The notes: generated from the sequence alone by a model not told the origin. A stretch of DNA of 64,000 nucleotides from Rhodospirillaceae bacterium (GCA_040255215.1 JBDZUM010000001.1:45576-109575); one strand, 5' to 3'. Counted from the stretch's first letter, positions 50,399-62,484 are shown. Made by a program: numbers and translations.

Positions 50399-51604
50399 AT
50401 GGTCGATATCGCCGCCGAGAAAACTAGCACGGATGCCGCCGGCGGTTCACCGCGAATTCCCGTTATATTACAGATCGTTGGCCGTCTGGACGGCGGGCCG
50501 GCCGCACGCCTTGCCATCGACAATGCCGCAGCCGTCGTGCGCGCCGGCGGCAAGGCTGCCGTTGCCTCGAGCGGCGGGCCGCTGGTCCATGAACTCGACC
50601 GCGCCGGCGTCGCCCATCATCTGCTGCCGCTGGAAAGCGAAAGCGATTTCCTCAAGCTCTCGACGCGTCGCCGCCTGCGCAGGCTTCTGGCGCAGGAAAA
50701 CGTCAACGTCGTGCACGTCTACGGCTGGGAAGCGGCGAAGGCGCTGAGGCCTCTGACCCGCTCGAGCTCGTTGCGGCTGGTCAGCACTTTTCTGGAGTCG
50801 CTGGAACCCAGAGGTTTTTTCGCCAAGGGTCGGCTGAAACCCCTGCTCCGCGCCGATCGCGTCGTCGCGCCTTCGCGCAAAGTTGCCGACTACCTCCAGA
50901 CGGAATACAAGCTCGACGAAGCGCGCATGGCCCTGATCCCGCCCGGCGTCAACATTGCGCGCTTCAGCCCGCTGGCCGTGCGGGCCGAACGCATCATCAA
51001 ATTGGCGCAGCAATGGCGCGTTCCCGACGATCGCAGGATCATCCTCGTGCCGGCGCCGCTGGACAGCGAGCGGGGCGCCGATACCGTCATCGACGCGGTC
51101 AAGACGATGGCGCGGCACGACGTGTTCTGCCTGCTGCTGGGCGCCCGCCCGGAGAGCGCCTCCCGCCGCGAGGAACTCGAGAAATCGATCGGGAAAAAGG
51201 GCGTTGGCGGCCTGGTATTCATCGCCGAGCACTGCGGCGACATGCCGGCGGCCTACATGCTGGCCGACGCCGTGGTCGTCGCCGACGTCAGGCCGCGGCC
51301 CTACAGCCGCATCGTCACCGAAGCGCAGGCAATGGGCCGCCCTGTCGTGGCATCGGATATCGGCGGCATTGCCGAACCGCTGCGGCCGGGCGAGTCGGGT
51401 TGGGTATTTCCGGTAGGAAATGACGGCGCGCTGGCGGCAGCCCTGAACGAAGCGCTGGCGCTCGACCCGGACGATCGGGCCCGTCTGGCCGGCGCGGCGA
51501 TCGAGCACATGAAGAACGAGTTCGCGCTCGACCTGATCGCCGAACAGCTGCTGGCTCTCTACGATTCGGTGCTGGAAACGATCTGGTCCGACGCGCGGAA
51601 GTGA
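50399..51604 (+). CDS. Glycosyltransferase family 1 (GT4-like)
   Basis: ATG 50399. The C-terminal half has a GT1 pattern (ADAVVVADVRPRPYSRIVTEAQAMGRPVVASDIGGIAEPL..GESGWVF). The upstream part of the 648-aa track ORF is antisense to the hydrolase. Confidence 0.8.
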   Translation: MVDIAAEKTSTDAAGGSPRIPVILQIVGRLDGGPAARLAIDNAAAVVRAGGKAAVASSGGPLVHELDRAGVAHHLLPLESESDFLKLSTRRRLRRLLAQENVNVVHVYGWEAAKALRPLTRSSSLRLVSTFLESLEPRGFFAKGRLKPLLRADRVVAPSRKVADYLQTEYKLDEARMALIPPGVNIARFSPLAVRAERIIKLAQQWRVPDDRRIILVPAPLDSERGADTVIDAVKTMARHDVFCLLLGARPESASRREELEKSIGKKGVGGLVFIAEHCGDMPAAYMLADAVVVADVRPRPYSRIVTEAQAMGRPVVASDIGGIAEPLRPGESGWVFPVGNDGALAAALNEALALDPDDRARLAGAAIEHMKNEFALDLIAEQLLALYDSVLETIWSDARK

Positions 51605-51708
51605 CCTGCCTTGACATGCCCGCCCATGCGGCCTAAGTCGCTACGCCCGACGCGCGCAGAAACGCATCGCGGCGTTCCGATAAACCACTGGTTCTGCAAG
51701 AGTTTTCG

Positions 51709-53625
51709 ATGATTTCCCTGACCCTGCCGGATGGCAGCGTACGCCAGTTCGACCATCCCGTGTCTGGCAAGGAGCTGGCGGCCAGCATCGGCGCCGGCCT
51801 GGCCAAGGCCGCGCTGGCGGTCCGCATCGACGGCGAAATGAAGGATCTGGCCAGCCTGATCGATCGCGACGCCAGCGTGTCGATCGTCACCGCCCGGGAC
51901 GAGGACGCGCTGGAACTGCTGAGGCACGACGCCGCCCATGTCATGGCGCAGGCGGTGCAGGAGCTCTACCCGGGCACCCAGATCACCTTCGGTCCGGCGA
52001 TCGAAAACGGCTTCTACTACGACTTCGTGCGCGACGAACCGTTTACGCCCGAGGATTTCGAGCGCATCGAGCAGCGCATGCGCGAAATCGTCGAGCGCGA
52101 CCTGCCGATCAAGCGCGAAGTCTGGTCGCGCGCCGACGCCATCCACCACTTCCTCGAGAAGGGGGAGAAGTACAAGGCGGAGCACATCGAAACCCTGCCG
52201 CGCGACGTCGATATCTCGGTGTACCGACAGGGCGGCGACTGGCTCGATCTGTGCACCGGCCCGCATCTGGAAACCACGGGGCGCCTGGGCAAGGCGTTCA
52301 AGCTGATGAAGGTCGCCGGCGCCTACTGGCGTGGTGATCCGCGCAATCAGATGCTGCAGCGGATCTACGGCACGGTGTGGTTCGACCAGAAGCAGCTGCA
52401 GGCCTATCTGACGCAGCTCGAGGAGGCCGAGAAACGCGACCACCGGCGACTGGGCCGCGAGATGGACCTGTTCCATCTGCAGGAAGAAGGGCCGGGCATG
52501 GTGTTCTGGCATCCGAAGGGCTGGACGCTCTATCGGACGCTCGAAGCCTACATGCGTCGACGGCTCGATGCGGCGGGATACGTCGAAGTGCGCACGCCGC
52601 AGCTCATGGACCGCGCCCTGTGGGAGGCGTCGGGCCACTGGGAGAAGTTCCGCGAGCACATGTTCGTCAGCGAGACCGAGGACGAACGCGTCTTCGCGCT
52701 CAAGCCGATGAACTGTCCCTGCCACGTGCAGATCTTCCGCCAGGGGCTGAAGAGTTACCGCGACCTGCCGCTGCGGATGGCCGAGTTCGGGGCCTGCCAT
52801 CGCTACGAGCCCTCGGGCGCCCTGCACGGCATCATGCGGGTGCGCGGTTTCGTTCAAGACGATGCGCATATCTTCTGCACCGAGGATCAGATCGAGAGCG
52901 AGACCATCGCCTTCTGCGACCTGCTGCGGAAAATCTATGCCGATCTGGGCTTCGCCGATTCCTTCGTGAAATTCTCCGACCGCCCTCCCGTACGCGCCGG
53001 CGCCGACGCGGTCTGGGATCGCGCCGAAGACGCGTTGAAACAGGCCTGCGCAGCCGCAGGCCTGGACTACGCGCTCAATCCGGGAGAAGGCGCTTTCTAC
53101 GGTCCGAAACTGGAGTTCGTGCTGCGCGACGCGATCGGGCGGGACTGGCAGTGCGGGACGTTGCAGGTCGACTTCGTTCTGCCTGAGCGGCTCGACGCCT
53201 CCTATATCGGCGAGGACGGCCAGCGGCATCGGCCCGTCATGCTTCATCGGGCGATCCTCGGCACGTTCGAGCGCTTCATCGGCATACTGATAGAGAACTT
53301 TGCCGGCAGATTCCCGTTATGGCTCAGCCCGGTGCAGGTCGTGGTGACGACGATCACCAGCGAAGGCGACGGCTATGCCCGGGAAGTCGAGGCGGCGCTC
53401 AGGAAAGCCGGTATCCGTTGCGATCTCGATTTGCGTAACGAAAAGATCAACTACAAGGTGCGCGAGCACTCCCTGGCGAAAGTGCCGGTGATCATCGCCG
53501 TCGGCAAACGCGAGGCTGCCGAGGGCACGGTGTCGATCCGGCGGCTGGGCTCGGAAAAGCAAGAATCGCTTGCGCTGGAAGAGGCAGTTCATAGACTCCG
53601 CCAGGAAGCGACGCCACCGGCCTGA
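51709..53625 (+). CDS. thrS: Threonine--tRNA ligase
   Basis: 638 aa with an N-terminal TGS domain, a class II core ([27 protein letters not shown]) and a C-terminal anticodon-binding domain. Followed by infC-rpmI-rplT-pheST. Confidence 0.95.
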   Translation: MISLTLPDGSVRQFDHPVSGKELAASIGAGLAKAALAVRIDGEMKDLASLIDRDASVSIVTARDEDALELLRHDAAHVMAQAVQELYPGTQITFGPAIENGFYYDFVRDEPFTPEDFERIEQRMREIVERDLPIKREVWSRADAIHHFLEKGEKYKAEHIETLPRDVDISVYRQGGDWLDLCTGPHLETTGRLGKAFKLMKVAGAYWRGDPRNQMLQRIYGTVWFDQKQLQAYLTQLEEAEKRDHRRLGREMDLFHLQEEGPGMVFWHPKGWTLYRTLEAYMRRRLDAAGYVEVRTPQLMDRALWEASGHWEKFREHMFVSETEDERVFALKPMNCPCHVQIFRQGLKSYRDLPLRMAEFGACHRYEPSGALHGIMRVRGFVQDDAHIFCTEDQIESETIAFCDLLRKIYADLGFADSFVKFSDRPPVRAGADAVWDRAEDALKQACAAAGLDYALNPGEGAFYGPKLEFVLRDAIGRDWQCGTLQVDFVLPERLDASYIGEDGQRHRPVMLHRAILGTFERFIGILIENFAGRFPLWLSPVQVVVTTITSEGDGYAREVEAALRKAGIRCDLDLRNEKINYKVREHSLAKVPVIIAVGKREAAEGTVSIRRLGSEKQESLALEEAVHRLRQEATPPA

Positions 53626-53724
53626 CGGGCCGGCAGCGAAGACCGGGCGGCGGACCGCAGTGGCCCGCCGCATTATCCGCCCGCAGCCGTTGAGACGGCG
53701 GGGTAACCAACGAGGGAGAGATAC

Positions 53725-54261
53725 ATAGCCAGACCAATGCACAATGCCGCGCCGTCCCGCGACGGGCCGCGCGTCAACAACGAGATCCAGGCGATGAAGA
53801 TTCGCCTGATCGACGAGAATGGCGAAATGGTCGGTGTGGTCGGGCTGCGCGAAGGCCTGGTCATGGCCGAGGAAGCCGGGCTTGATCTGGTCGAAGTCTC
53901 GCCGAATGCCGAGCCGCCGGTATGCAAGATCGCGGATTACGGCAAGTACAAGTACGAGGCGCAGAAAAAGGCCAACGAAGCCCGCAAGAAGCAAAAGATC
54001 ATTGAAGTCAAAGAGATAAAGATGCGTCCCGGCATCGACGATCACGACTACGACGTCAAGATGCGGGCCATGCGGAAATTTCTCGATACCGGCGACAAGG
54101 TCAAGGTCACCCTCCGCTTCCGCGGCCGCGAGATGGTCCACCAGGACATCGGCATGAACGTGCTCAAGCGCGTTCGCGAGGAACTCGATCCGATTTCCAA
54201 GGTCGAACAGATGCCGAAGATGGAAGGTCGGCAGATGACCATGGTCCTGGCCCCCAAATAG
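53725..54261 (+). CDS. infC: Translation initiation factor IF-3 (start probably non-canonical ATA)
   Basis: Alignable to IF-3 ([23 protein letters not shown]...[31 protein letters not shown]). SD GGGAGAG at 53714-53720 is 4 nt from the in-frame ATA 53725 but 16 nt from ATG 53737. In-frame TAA at 53704. Confidence 0.85.
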   Translation: MARPMHNAAPSRDGPRVNNEIQAMKIRLIDENGEMVGVVGLREGLVMAEEAGLDLVEVSPNAEPPVCKIADYGKYKYEAQKKANEARKKQKIIEVKEIKMRPGIDDHDYDVKMRAMRKFLDTGDKVKVTLRFRGREMVHQDIGMNVLKRVREELDPISKVEQMPKMEGRQMTMVLAPK

Positions 54262-54334
54262 GGCCACCGCGGGCACCCCGGCCACAACCGCTGGGGCCAG
54301 CTTAATACGCTGAAATTGAAAGGTTTTCGGGCGC

Positions 54335-54363
54335 TTGCAATTGTTGCCGGCGCCCGATATAAC
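54335..54363 (+). promoter_or_regulatory. Sigma-70 promoter candidate for rpmI-rplT (TTGCAA-17 nt-TATAAC)
   Basis: TTGCAA at 54335-54340, a 17-nt spacer, then TATAAC at 54358-54363. This implies a leader of about 110 nt before the rpmI ATG (54480). Confidence 0.5.
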
Positions 54364-54479
54364 CTCGCGCCTGAATGGGCGGCATGGCGCAAGGGCATTG
54401 CCTCCGTCGCCCCGGATAGACACGAGCGGGCTCCCTCGACCAACGGTCGGGCGTCTGGGCCGCATAGAAAGGAAGAAAA

Positions 54480-54680
54480 ATGCCCAAGCTGAAGACCAAG
54501 AGCGGCGCCAAGAAGCGCTTCTCGATCACTGCCACGGGCAAAGTGAAATTCGGCGTGGCCGGCAAGCGCCACGGCATGAGCAAGCGGCCCAACCGCATGC
54601 TGCGCCAGGCCCGTCGCACCACCGTCGCTTCCGCGCCGGACGCGATCATCATCAAGAAGAACTTTCTTCCGAACGGTTGA
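54480..54680 (+). CDS. rpmI: 50S ribosomal protein L35
   Basis: [14 protein letters not shown]... 66 aa. SD AAAGGAAG. Confidence 0.95.
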   Translation: MPKLKTKSGAKKRFSITATGKVKFGVAGKRHGMSKRPNRMLRQARRTTVASAPDAIIIKKNFLPNG

Positions 54681-54691
54681 GGGGATAGGCC

Positions 54692-55048
54692 ATGGCACGC
54701 GTCAAAAGAGGCGTGACGGGTCACGCCCGTCACAAGAAGGTTCTGGAACTCGCCAAGGGCTATCGTGGCCGGGCGAAGGACGCTTTCCGCATCGGCATCG
54801 AGAAGGTCGAGAAAGGGCTGCAATACGCCTATCGCGACCGCCGGGCGAAGAAGCGCAATTTCCGCGGCCTGTGGATCCAGCGCATCAACGCCGGCGTCCG
54901 CGAACACGGGCTGACCTATTCGCAGTTCATGAACGGCATGAAGAAGGCCGGCGTCGAGCTGGATCGCAAGGTTCTGGCCGACATCGCCATGCACGAGCCG
55001 GAATCGTTTAAGCTGCTGGTGCAACAGGCCCAGGCAGCCCTCAAGTAG
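54692..55048 (+). CDS. rplT: 50S ribosomal protein L20
   Basis: [27 protein letters not shown]... 118 aa. Confidence 0.95.
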   Translation: MARVKRGVTGHARHKKVLELAKGYRGRAKDAFRIGIEKVEKGLQYAYRDRRAKKRNFRGLWIQRINAGVREHGLTYSQFMNGMKKAGVELDRKVLADIAMHEPESFKLLVQQAQAALK

Positions 55049-55091
55049 TTCTCCCGTTCTCGGCGTCGACCGGGGCGGACGGAAGAAATGG

Positions 55092-55126
55092 AAAAGGGGC
55101 CGCCGGCAGACGGCCCTTTTTTATTT
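55092..55126 (+). terminator. Rho-independent terminator after rplT
   Basis: AAAAGGGGCCG-(8 nt)-CGGCCCTTTTTTATTT: a GC stem followed by a T-run. Confidence 0.8.
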
Positions 55127-55163
55127 GCGGCACTAGAGAAGACGGAATTGGGGCACGGCTCTG

Positions 55164-56240
55164 ATGGACCAGGTTGAACAGACGCGAAGCGAAGCGCTGA
55201 AAGCGCTTGGAGAGGCGTCCTCTCTGGAGGCGCTGGAAAATGTCCGCGTGGCGACGCTCGGCAAGAAGGGCTCCCTGACCGGACTGCTGAAGCAGCTCGG
55301 GACGTTGCCGGTTGAAGAGCGCAAGACGTTTGGCGCGAAGGTCAACGTGGTCAAGGCCGAATTCGAGCAGGCGATCGAAGCCCGCAAGGCCAGCCTGCAG
55401 GGCGCCGCTCTCGACAAGAAACTAGCGGAAGAGCGGATCGACGTTACGCTCCCTGCCCGCCCCCAGCCTCAGGGCTCCATCCACCCCATAAGCCAGACCA
55501 TCGACGAGATCGTGGCGATCTTCGGCGACATGGGTTTCGTCTGGGCAGACGGTCCCGATATCGAGGACGACTGGCACAATTTCACCGCGCTGAACATTCC
55601 GCCCGAGCATCCGGCGCGGCAGATGCACGATACGTTCTATCTGCCGCCGCGGGCGGACGGCACGCCGATGCTGCTGCGAACCCACACCTCGCCAGTGCAG
55701 GTTCGCACGATGGTCGGCCAGAAACCGCCCATCCGCATCATCGTGCCTGGCCGCACCTTCCGCATGGATTCCGACATCACCCACACGCCGATGTTCCATC
55801 AGGTCGAAGGTCTGGTGATCGACGAGGCAAGCCATATGGGCCATCTGAAGGGCTGCCTGCAGGAATTCGCCAAGGCGTATTTCGAAGTGTCGGAACTGCC
55901 GATCCGCTTCCGGCCGTCGTATTTCCCGTTCACGGAACCGTCGGCCGAGGTCGATATCGGCTGCTCGTGGCAGAACGGGGAACTGCGCATCGGCGCCGGC
56001 GAATCGTGGCTCGAAATTCTCGGCTGCGGAATGGTGCATCCCAAAGTGCTGGAGTATTGCGGCGTCGATTCTACCCGGTACCAGGGATTCGCGTTCGGGA
56101 TGGGAATCGAGCGCATCGCCATGCTGAAATACGGCATCCCCGATCTGCGCACGTTCTTCGAATCGGATCTGCGCTGGCTGCGCCACTATGGCTTCGGCGC
56201 GCTCGACGTCCCCAGCCTGACGGGAGGGTTGAGCCGATGA
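55164..56240 (+). CDS. pheS: Phenylalanine--tRNA ligase alpha subunit
   Basis: 358 aa with class II motifs ([40 protein letters not shown]). Confidence 0.95.
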   Translation: MDQVEQTRSEALKALGEASSLEALENVRVATLGKKGSLTGLLKQLGTLPVEERKTFGAKVNVVKAEFEQAIEARKASLQGAALDKKLAEERIDVTLPARPQPQGSIHPISQTIDEIVAIFGDMGFVWADGPDIEDDWHNFTALNIPPEHPARQMHDTFYLPPRADGTPMLLRTHTSPVQVRTMVGQKPPIRIIVPGRTFRMDSDITHTPMFHQVEGLVIDEASHMGHLKGCLQEFAKAYFEVSELPIRFRPSYFPFTEPSAEVDIGCSWQNGELRIGAGESWLEILGCGMVHPKVLEYCGVDSTRYQGFAFGMGIERIAMLKYGIPDLRTFFESDLRWLRHYGFGALDVPSLTGGLSR

Positions 56241-58645
56241 AGTTCACCCTGGGCTGGCTCAAGCAGCATCTCGATACCGACGCCGATCTCGAGCGCATCG
56301 CCAGCACGATGACGATGCTGGGGCTCGAGGTCGAAAGCATCGTCGATCCGGCCAAGAACCTGCAGCCCTTCACCGTGGCGCACGTCATCTCGGCCGAGCA
56401 GCATCCGGATGCCGATCGGCTGCGCGTCTGCAAGGTCGATACCGGCAAGGAGATCCTGCAGGTGGTGTGCGGCGCTCCCAATGCGCGCGCCGGCATGAAA
56501 GGCGTATTCGCCCCTGTCGGCACGACGATCCCCGGCACCGGATTGCTGCTGAAGCCCAGCAAGATTCGCGGCCAGGAAAGCAACGGCATGCTCTGTTCGG
56601 CGCGCGAGCTGCAATTGGGCGAAGACCACGACGGCATTATCGATCTGCCGGCCGACACGCCCGTGGGCGTGCCGGTAGCGGATGTGCTGGGCGCCAACGA
56701 CCCCGTCATCGAGATCAAGATCACGCCCAATCGCGGCGATTGCCTCGGCGTGCGCGGCATTGCGCGCGATCTGACGGCCGCCGGACTGGGCGTGCTCAAG
56801 CCCGAGCCCAAGGCGGAATCGACGGCGGCATTCAAGAGCCCGATCGCCTGGCGACGCAGCTTCTCGGCAGAAACGAGCGATGCCTGCCCGGTCGTGGCTG
56901 GCCGCTATTTCCGTGGCCTGCGTAACGGGCCGAGCCCCGAATGGCTGCAGAACCGGCTCAAGGCAATCGGATTGCGGCCGATCTCCGCTTTGGTGGATGT
57001 CACGAATTTCTTCACCTTCGATCTCAATCGTCCGCTGCACGTCTTCGACGCCGGCAAGATCAAGGGCGACCTGACGATGCGGCTCGCCCGCTCGGGCGAA
57101 ACGGTGATGGCACTCGACGGCCGCACCTACGAGCTGGACGGGGAAATGACCGTCATCGCCGACGAGCAGGGCGTGCAGGCGATCGGCGGCATCATGGGCG
57201 GCGAGATCTCCGGCTGCTCCGATCAGACGACCGAGATGTTCCTGGAAGCCGCCTATTTCGATCCCATCCGGACGGCGACGACGGGCCGCAAACTGGGCAT
57301 CCAGTCCGACGCCCGCTATCGCTTCGAACGCGGCATCGATCCGCACTCCTGCATCTCCGGCGTCGAAGCAGCCACTCGCCTGATTCTCGAGCTATGCGGC
57401 GGCGAGGCCAGCGACATCGTGCAGGCTGGTGACGTCCCCGCCGACGATCGCGTCTACCAGTTGCGGCTGTCGCGCATTCCCGGCCTTGCGGGCTTCGACG
57501 TCGACAGTGGCGAGAGCAAGCGGATCCTGCAGGCGCTCGGCTTCGACGTCTCCGGCGACGGCTCCACCTGGCAGGTCGCTCCGCCGTCGTGGCGACCGGA
57601 CATCATCGGCGAGGCGGATCTGGTCGAGGAAGTCGTGCGCGTTCATGGCTACGATTCCATTCCATCGGTCCCAATGCCGCGCATCGCCGCCGTCACCACG
57701 CCCGCCCGCACCATTCAACAGAGACGACCGGGCCATGCGCGGCGGGCTCTTGCGGCGCGCGGTCTTGTCGAAGCGGTGACATGGTCGTTCATGGCCGGCA
57801 AGGATGCGGCCTTGTTCGCGCCTGTCGACGATGCCATGCGGCTGGCCAATCCGATGTCGGCGGATCTCGACGTCATGCGGGCGACCATCGCGCCCAACCT
57901 GATCGACGCGGCCGCCCGCAACATCGCGCGCGGCATGCGCGACGTCGCCCTGTTCGAGGTCGGTCCGCAATATGCGGGCAATCGACCGGAGGACCAAGCC
58001 ACAGTCGCTGCAGGTATCCGATCGGGCCTGGCGCAGCCGCGGCAATGGACCGGTGGGCACCGCCCGGTCGACGCTTTCGATGCCAAGGCCGACATCCAGG
58101 CCGCGGTCCAGGCGCTCGGCATGGACCCGGAGCAGCCGCAGATCGACGCCAAAGCGGCTCCCGGCTGGTACCATCCCGGCCGCTCCGGCGCGCTGCGGCT
58201 GGGTCCGCAGATCATCGGCTGGTTCGGTGAGATCCACCCGGCGATTCTGGCGCATTACAGGATCGAGCAGCCGACCGTGGGCTTCGAGCTCTTCATCGAT
58301 CGTGTGCCGATGCCGAAGCAGGCCAGGAGCGGCAAGGCGCGCCCGCCTTTGAAACTTCTGCCGCTGCAGCCGATCGAACGCGATTTCGCCTTCCTTGTGG
58401 CGGACGACGTGACGGCCGACGCCGTGGTCAAGGCAGCCAGGGCCGCCGAACGCAGTCTGATCTCCCGCGTTGCCGTGTTCGATCTTTATGCCGGCAAAGG
58501 CGTGGAGCCCGGCAGGAAGTCGCTGGCGATATCCGTGACCATCCAGCCCGTCGGCAAGACGCTGACCGAGGCCGAAATCGAAGCCATCGCCGGCAAGATC
58601 GTCGCCAACGTGGCCAAGGCCACTGGCGCGTCGCTGCGCGGCTGA
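56237..58645 (+). CDS. pheT: Phenylalanine--tRNA ligase beta subunit
   Basis: ATG 56237 overlaps the pheS stop (ATGA). [14 protein letters not shown]... 802 aa. The track ORF from 55967 is an extension inside pheS. Confidence 0.95.
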   Translation: MKFTLGWLKQHLDTDADLERIASTMTMLGLEVESIVDPAKNLQPFTVAHVISAEQHPDADRLRVCKVDTGKEILQVVCGAPNARAGMKGVFAPVGTTIPGTGLLLKPSKIRGQESNGMLCSARELQLGEDHDGIIDLPADTPVGVPVADVLGANDPVIEIKITPNRGDCLGVRGIARDLTAAGLGVLKPEPKAESTAAFKSPIAWRRSFSAETSDACPVVAGRYFRGLRNGPSPEWLQNRLKAIGLRPISALVDVTNFFTFDLNRPLHVFDAGKIKGDLTMRLARSGETVMALDGRTYELDGEMTVIADEQGVQAIGGIMGGEISGCSDQTTEMFLEAAYFDPIRTATTGRKLGIQSDARYRFERGIDPHSCISGVEAATRLILELCGGEASDIVQAGDVPADDRVYQLRLSRIPGLAGFDVDSGESKRILQALGFDVSGDGSTWQVAPPSWRPDIIGEADLVEEVVRVHGYDSIPSVPMPRIAAVTTPARTIQQRRPGHARRALAARGLVEAVTWSFMAGKDAALFAPVDDAMRLANPMSADLDVMRATIAPNLIDAAARNIARGMRDVALFEVGPQYAGNRPEDQATVAAGIRSGLAQPRQWTGGHRPVDAFDAKADIQAAVQALGMDPEQPQIDAKAAPGWYHPGRSGALRLGPQIIGWFGEIHPAILAHYRIEQPTVGFELFIDRVPMPKQARSGKARPPLKLLPLQPIERDFAFLVADDVTADAVVKAARAAERSLISRVAVFDLYAGKGVEPGRKSLAISVTIQPVGKTLTEAEIEAIAGKIVANVAKATGASLRG

Positions 58646-58664
58646 GGCGGAGCATTACGAGACC

Positions 58665-60467
<1,803 letters not shown>

Positions 60468-60549
60468 AAAGCGCCTGTAATCAAGGGATTTTCGCCAGAC
60501 TGAAGCGAATTGAATCGACGGCGACGCTGGTCTAGATTGCGCGCCGCAT

Positions 60550-60640
60550 GGAGGGGTGGCCGAGTGGTTGAAGGCGCACGCCTGGAAAGTGTGTATGGTC
60601 TAAAAAGCCATCGCGGGTTCGAATCCCGCTCCCTCCGCCA
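60550..60640 (+). tRNA. tRNA-Ser (anticodon GGA)
   Basis: 91 nt. GGAGGGG/TCCCTCC acceptor, anticodon stem CACGC/GTGTG with loop CT-GGA-AA, long variable arm, T-loop GGTTCGAATCC, encoded CCA. Confidence 0.95.
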
Positions 60641-60727
60641 TCCTGCTTCGCGCTACCCGCTTCACAGGATTTGATCCTGTCCTGAATGCGAAGCAGGATG
60701 CCCTCCAAAGCTTTAGCGAAGGAGGGC
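60639..60727. repeat. Nested inverted repeats immediately 3' of tRNA-Ser
   Basis: 13-bp perfect IR CATCCTGCTTCGC (60639-60651) / GCGAAGCAGGATG (60688-60700), enclosing a 7-bp hairpin ACAGGAT-ttg-ATCCTGT (60664-60680). It is followed by a 7-bp IR GCCCTCC (60700-60706) / GGAGGGC (60721-60727) that includes the GIY-YIG SD. Confidence 0.6.
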
Positions 60728-60729
60728 CG

Positions 60730-60973
60730 ATGCATTACGTATATCTGCTAGAAAGCACGGCTTTCCCGGGTCAACGCTATGTCGGCGCAAGCGCCGATCT
60801 GCGCCAGCGACTTGCCGATCACAATGCAGGCAAATCCAAGCACACCGCCAAGTTCAAGCCTTGGAAGTTGGTTACGTACATTGGCTTTTCAGACCAGGCA
60901 AAAGCTTTGGTGTTTGAAAAAATACCTGAAATCCGGTTCAGGCCATGCGTTTGCGAACAAGCGATTATGGTAG
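60730..60973 (+). pseudogene. GIY-YIG nuclease family gene interrupted by a +1 frameshift in an A6 run
   Basis: Frame from ATG 60730: MHYVYLLES...RYVGASADLRQRLADHNAGKSKHTAKFKPWKLV...ALVFEK. The conserved C-terminus YLKSGSGHAFANKRLW* is in the +1 frame (track ORF ending 60973). The junction is the AAAAAA run at 60917-60922. About 52% G+C by hand count. Confidence 0.7.
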
Positions 60974-61008
60974 CGCATTCTCGCAATCCCGCTCCTCGTA
61001 AGGAGAAC

Positions 61009-61638
61009 TTACGTAAGCTCCTTTATTCCGTCCGGCGTCTCAATCTCCGCGCGATAGCGCAGCACCGGTCCCAGCATCACCGTCGGCGGCCGATCGATCC
61101 CGAACTCCCGGTACATCGCTTCGACCGAGGCCGGCTCAGGATGCTCCAGCGAGAAATACCGCAGCCTCGCCCCCAGATCGGGAATGCTCGCCATCGAGCG
61201 TGCCTTGCCGCGCCGGTCGATGATCGATGGCGCAGCGCCATCGAGCGGTAGCGAACCATCGGCCGGAATGGAAAAGTCAAACGATCCGCCCAACGCGACT
61301 TTCTCGCCGAAGATATGCGTGCGGCCCGCGAGAACGGCATCGATCCCATCCGTCCGCGCCACCCAGCCGCGCAAACGCCTGCCCTCATCCCAGTCGCGCC
61401 GTACGGCCGCCTGATCGTCCAACCCGAACCACCGCTTGCGCCCAGGATCGCTCCCTTCCGGGTCGAGCGCCACGATCTCCAGATAGACCGTATCGCCCAG
61501 CTGCAGCAGGTGGTTATGCGTGCCCATGTAAAGATGCCGCTGCCCGAAAGGCACATCGAGATCGAGGCACTGCCGGACATGCGCCACGCCTTCCTCGAGA
61601 CTGGGCGCAATGACCGTTAGATGATCCAGTCTTAACAT
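61009..61638 (-). CDS. VOC (glyoxalase-like) family protein
   Basis: ATG 61638 (MLRLDHLTVIAPSLEEGVAHVRQCLDLDVPFGQRHLYMGTHNHLLQLGDTVYLEIVALDP) is a glyoxalase-like-domain pattern. 209 aa. Confidence 0.65.
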   Translation of the reverse strand: MLRLDHLTVIAPSLEEGVAHVRQCLDLDVPFGQRHLYMGTHNHLLQLGDTVYLEIVALDPEGSDPGRKRWFGLDDQAAVRRDWDEGRRLRGWVARTDGIDAVLAGRTHIFGEKVALGGSFDFSIPADGSLPLDGAAPSIIDRRGKARSMASIPDLGARLRYFSLEHPEPASVEAMYREFGIDRPPTVMLGPVLRYRAEIETPDGIKELT

Positions 61639-61752
61639 GTCCCGATTGTCCTTGTGCTCACGTGCATTGTCCACGACACAACCCCGGCAATTCAGCAACG
61701 CTTGAGGACCTGTGCCTCCCTAGAATGGCGACTTCCCATTACGGAGACTCCC

Positions 61753-62373
61753 ATGCAGATTGCGGTCCTGACTTTCGACGGCTTCAACGAGCTCGATTCG
61801 TTCGTCGCCGCTGCGATCATGAACCGGTTGCATGCCATAGGCTGGAAGGCACACATCACCGCGCCGACCCCGGAGGTGACGTCGATGAACGGCGTCACCG
61901 TGCAGCGCCAGAAGCCTCTGGAGTTCGCCAGCGAAGCCGATGCGGTGCTGATCGGCAGCGGCGTCAAGACGCGCGAGATTGCTGCCGACGCCCTGCTGCT
62001 GTCGCGCCTGACGCTCGATCCGTCGCGTCAGCTGATAGGGGCGCAATGCTCGGGCACTCTGATCCTGGCCAAGCTCGGCCTGATCGGCGACCTGCCGGCC
62101 TGTACCGACCTGACGACCAAACCCTGGGTTATTGAGGCCGGCGTGAAAGTCCTCGACGCGCCATTCGTGGCGCACGGCACCGTCGCCACTGCCGGCGGCT
62201 GCCTGGCCTCGCAATATCTGGCTACATGGATGATCGGACGACTGGCAAGTGTTCGCGACGCGGAAGAAGCGCTCCACTACGTGGCGCCGGTCGGCGAAAA
62301 GGAACTCTACGTGCAGCGCGCGCTGGCGGTCGTGACGCCGTTCCTGAAGCCGACGGGCACACTGGCGGCATAA
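61753..62373 (+). CDS. DJ-1/PfpI family protein
   Basis: ATG 61753 with ACGGAG SD. MQIAVLTFDGFNELD... with a nucleophile-elbow-like IGAQCSGTLILAKLG. 206 aa. Confidence 0.75.
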   Translation: MQIAVLTFDGFNELDSFVAAAIMNRLHAIGWKAHITAPTPEVTSMNGVTVQRQKPLEFASEADAVLIGSGVKTREIAADALLLSRLTLDPSRQLIGAQCSGTLILAKLGLIGDLPACTDLTTKPWVIEAGVKVLDAPFVAHGTVATAGGCLASQYLATWMIGRLASVRDAEEALHYVAPVGEKELYVQRALAVVTPFLKPTGTLAA

Positions 62374-62484
62374 CTGTCTGTCATATCCTTTGAGAACTTC
62401 AGGATGAGGGCTACAACCGGGCCTTGAGCAAATCCGTCGGCGCTCTAAACTCCCTCACCTGTTTGGCCAGTTGAGGAGCCCTCG

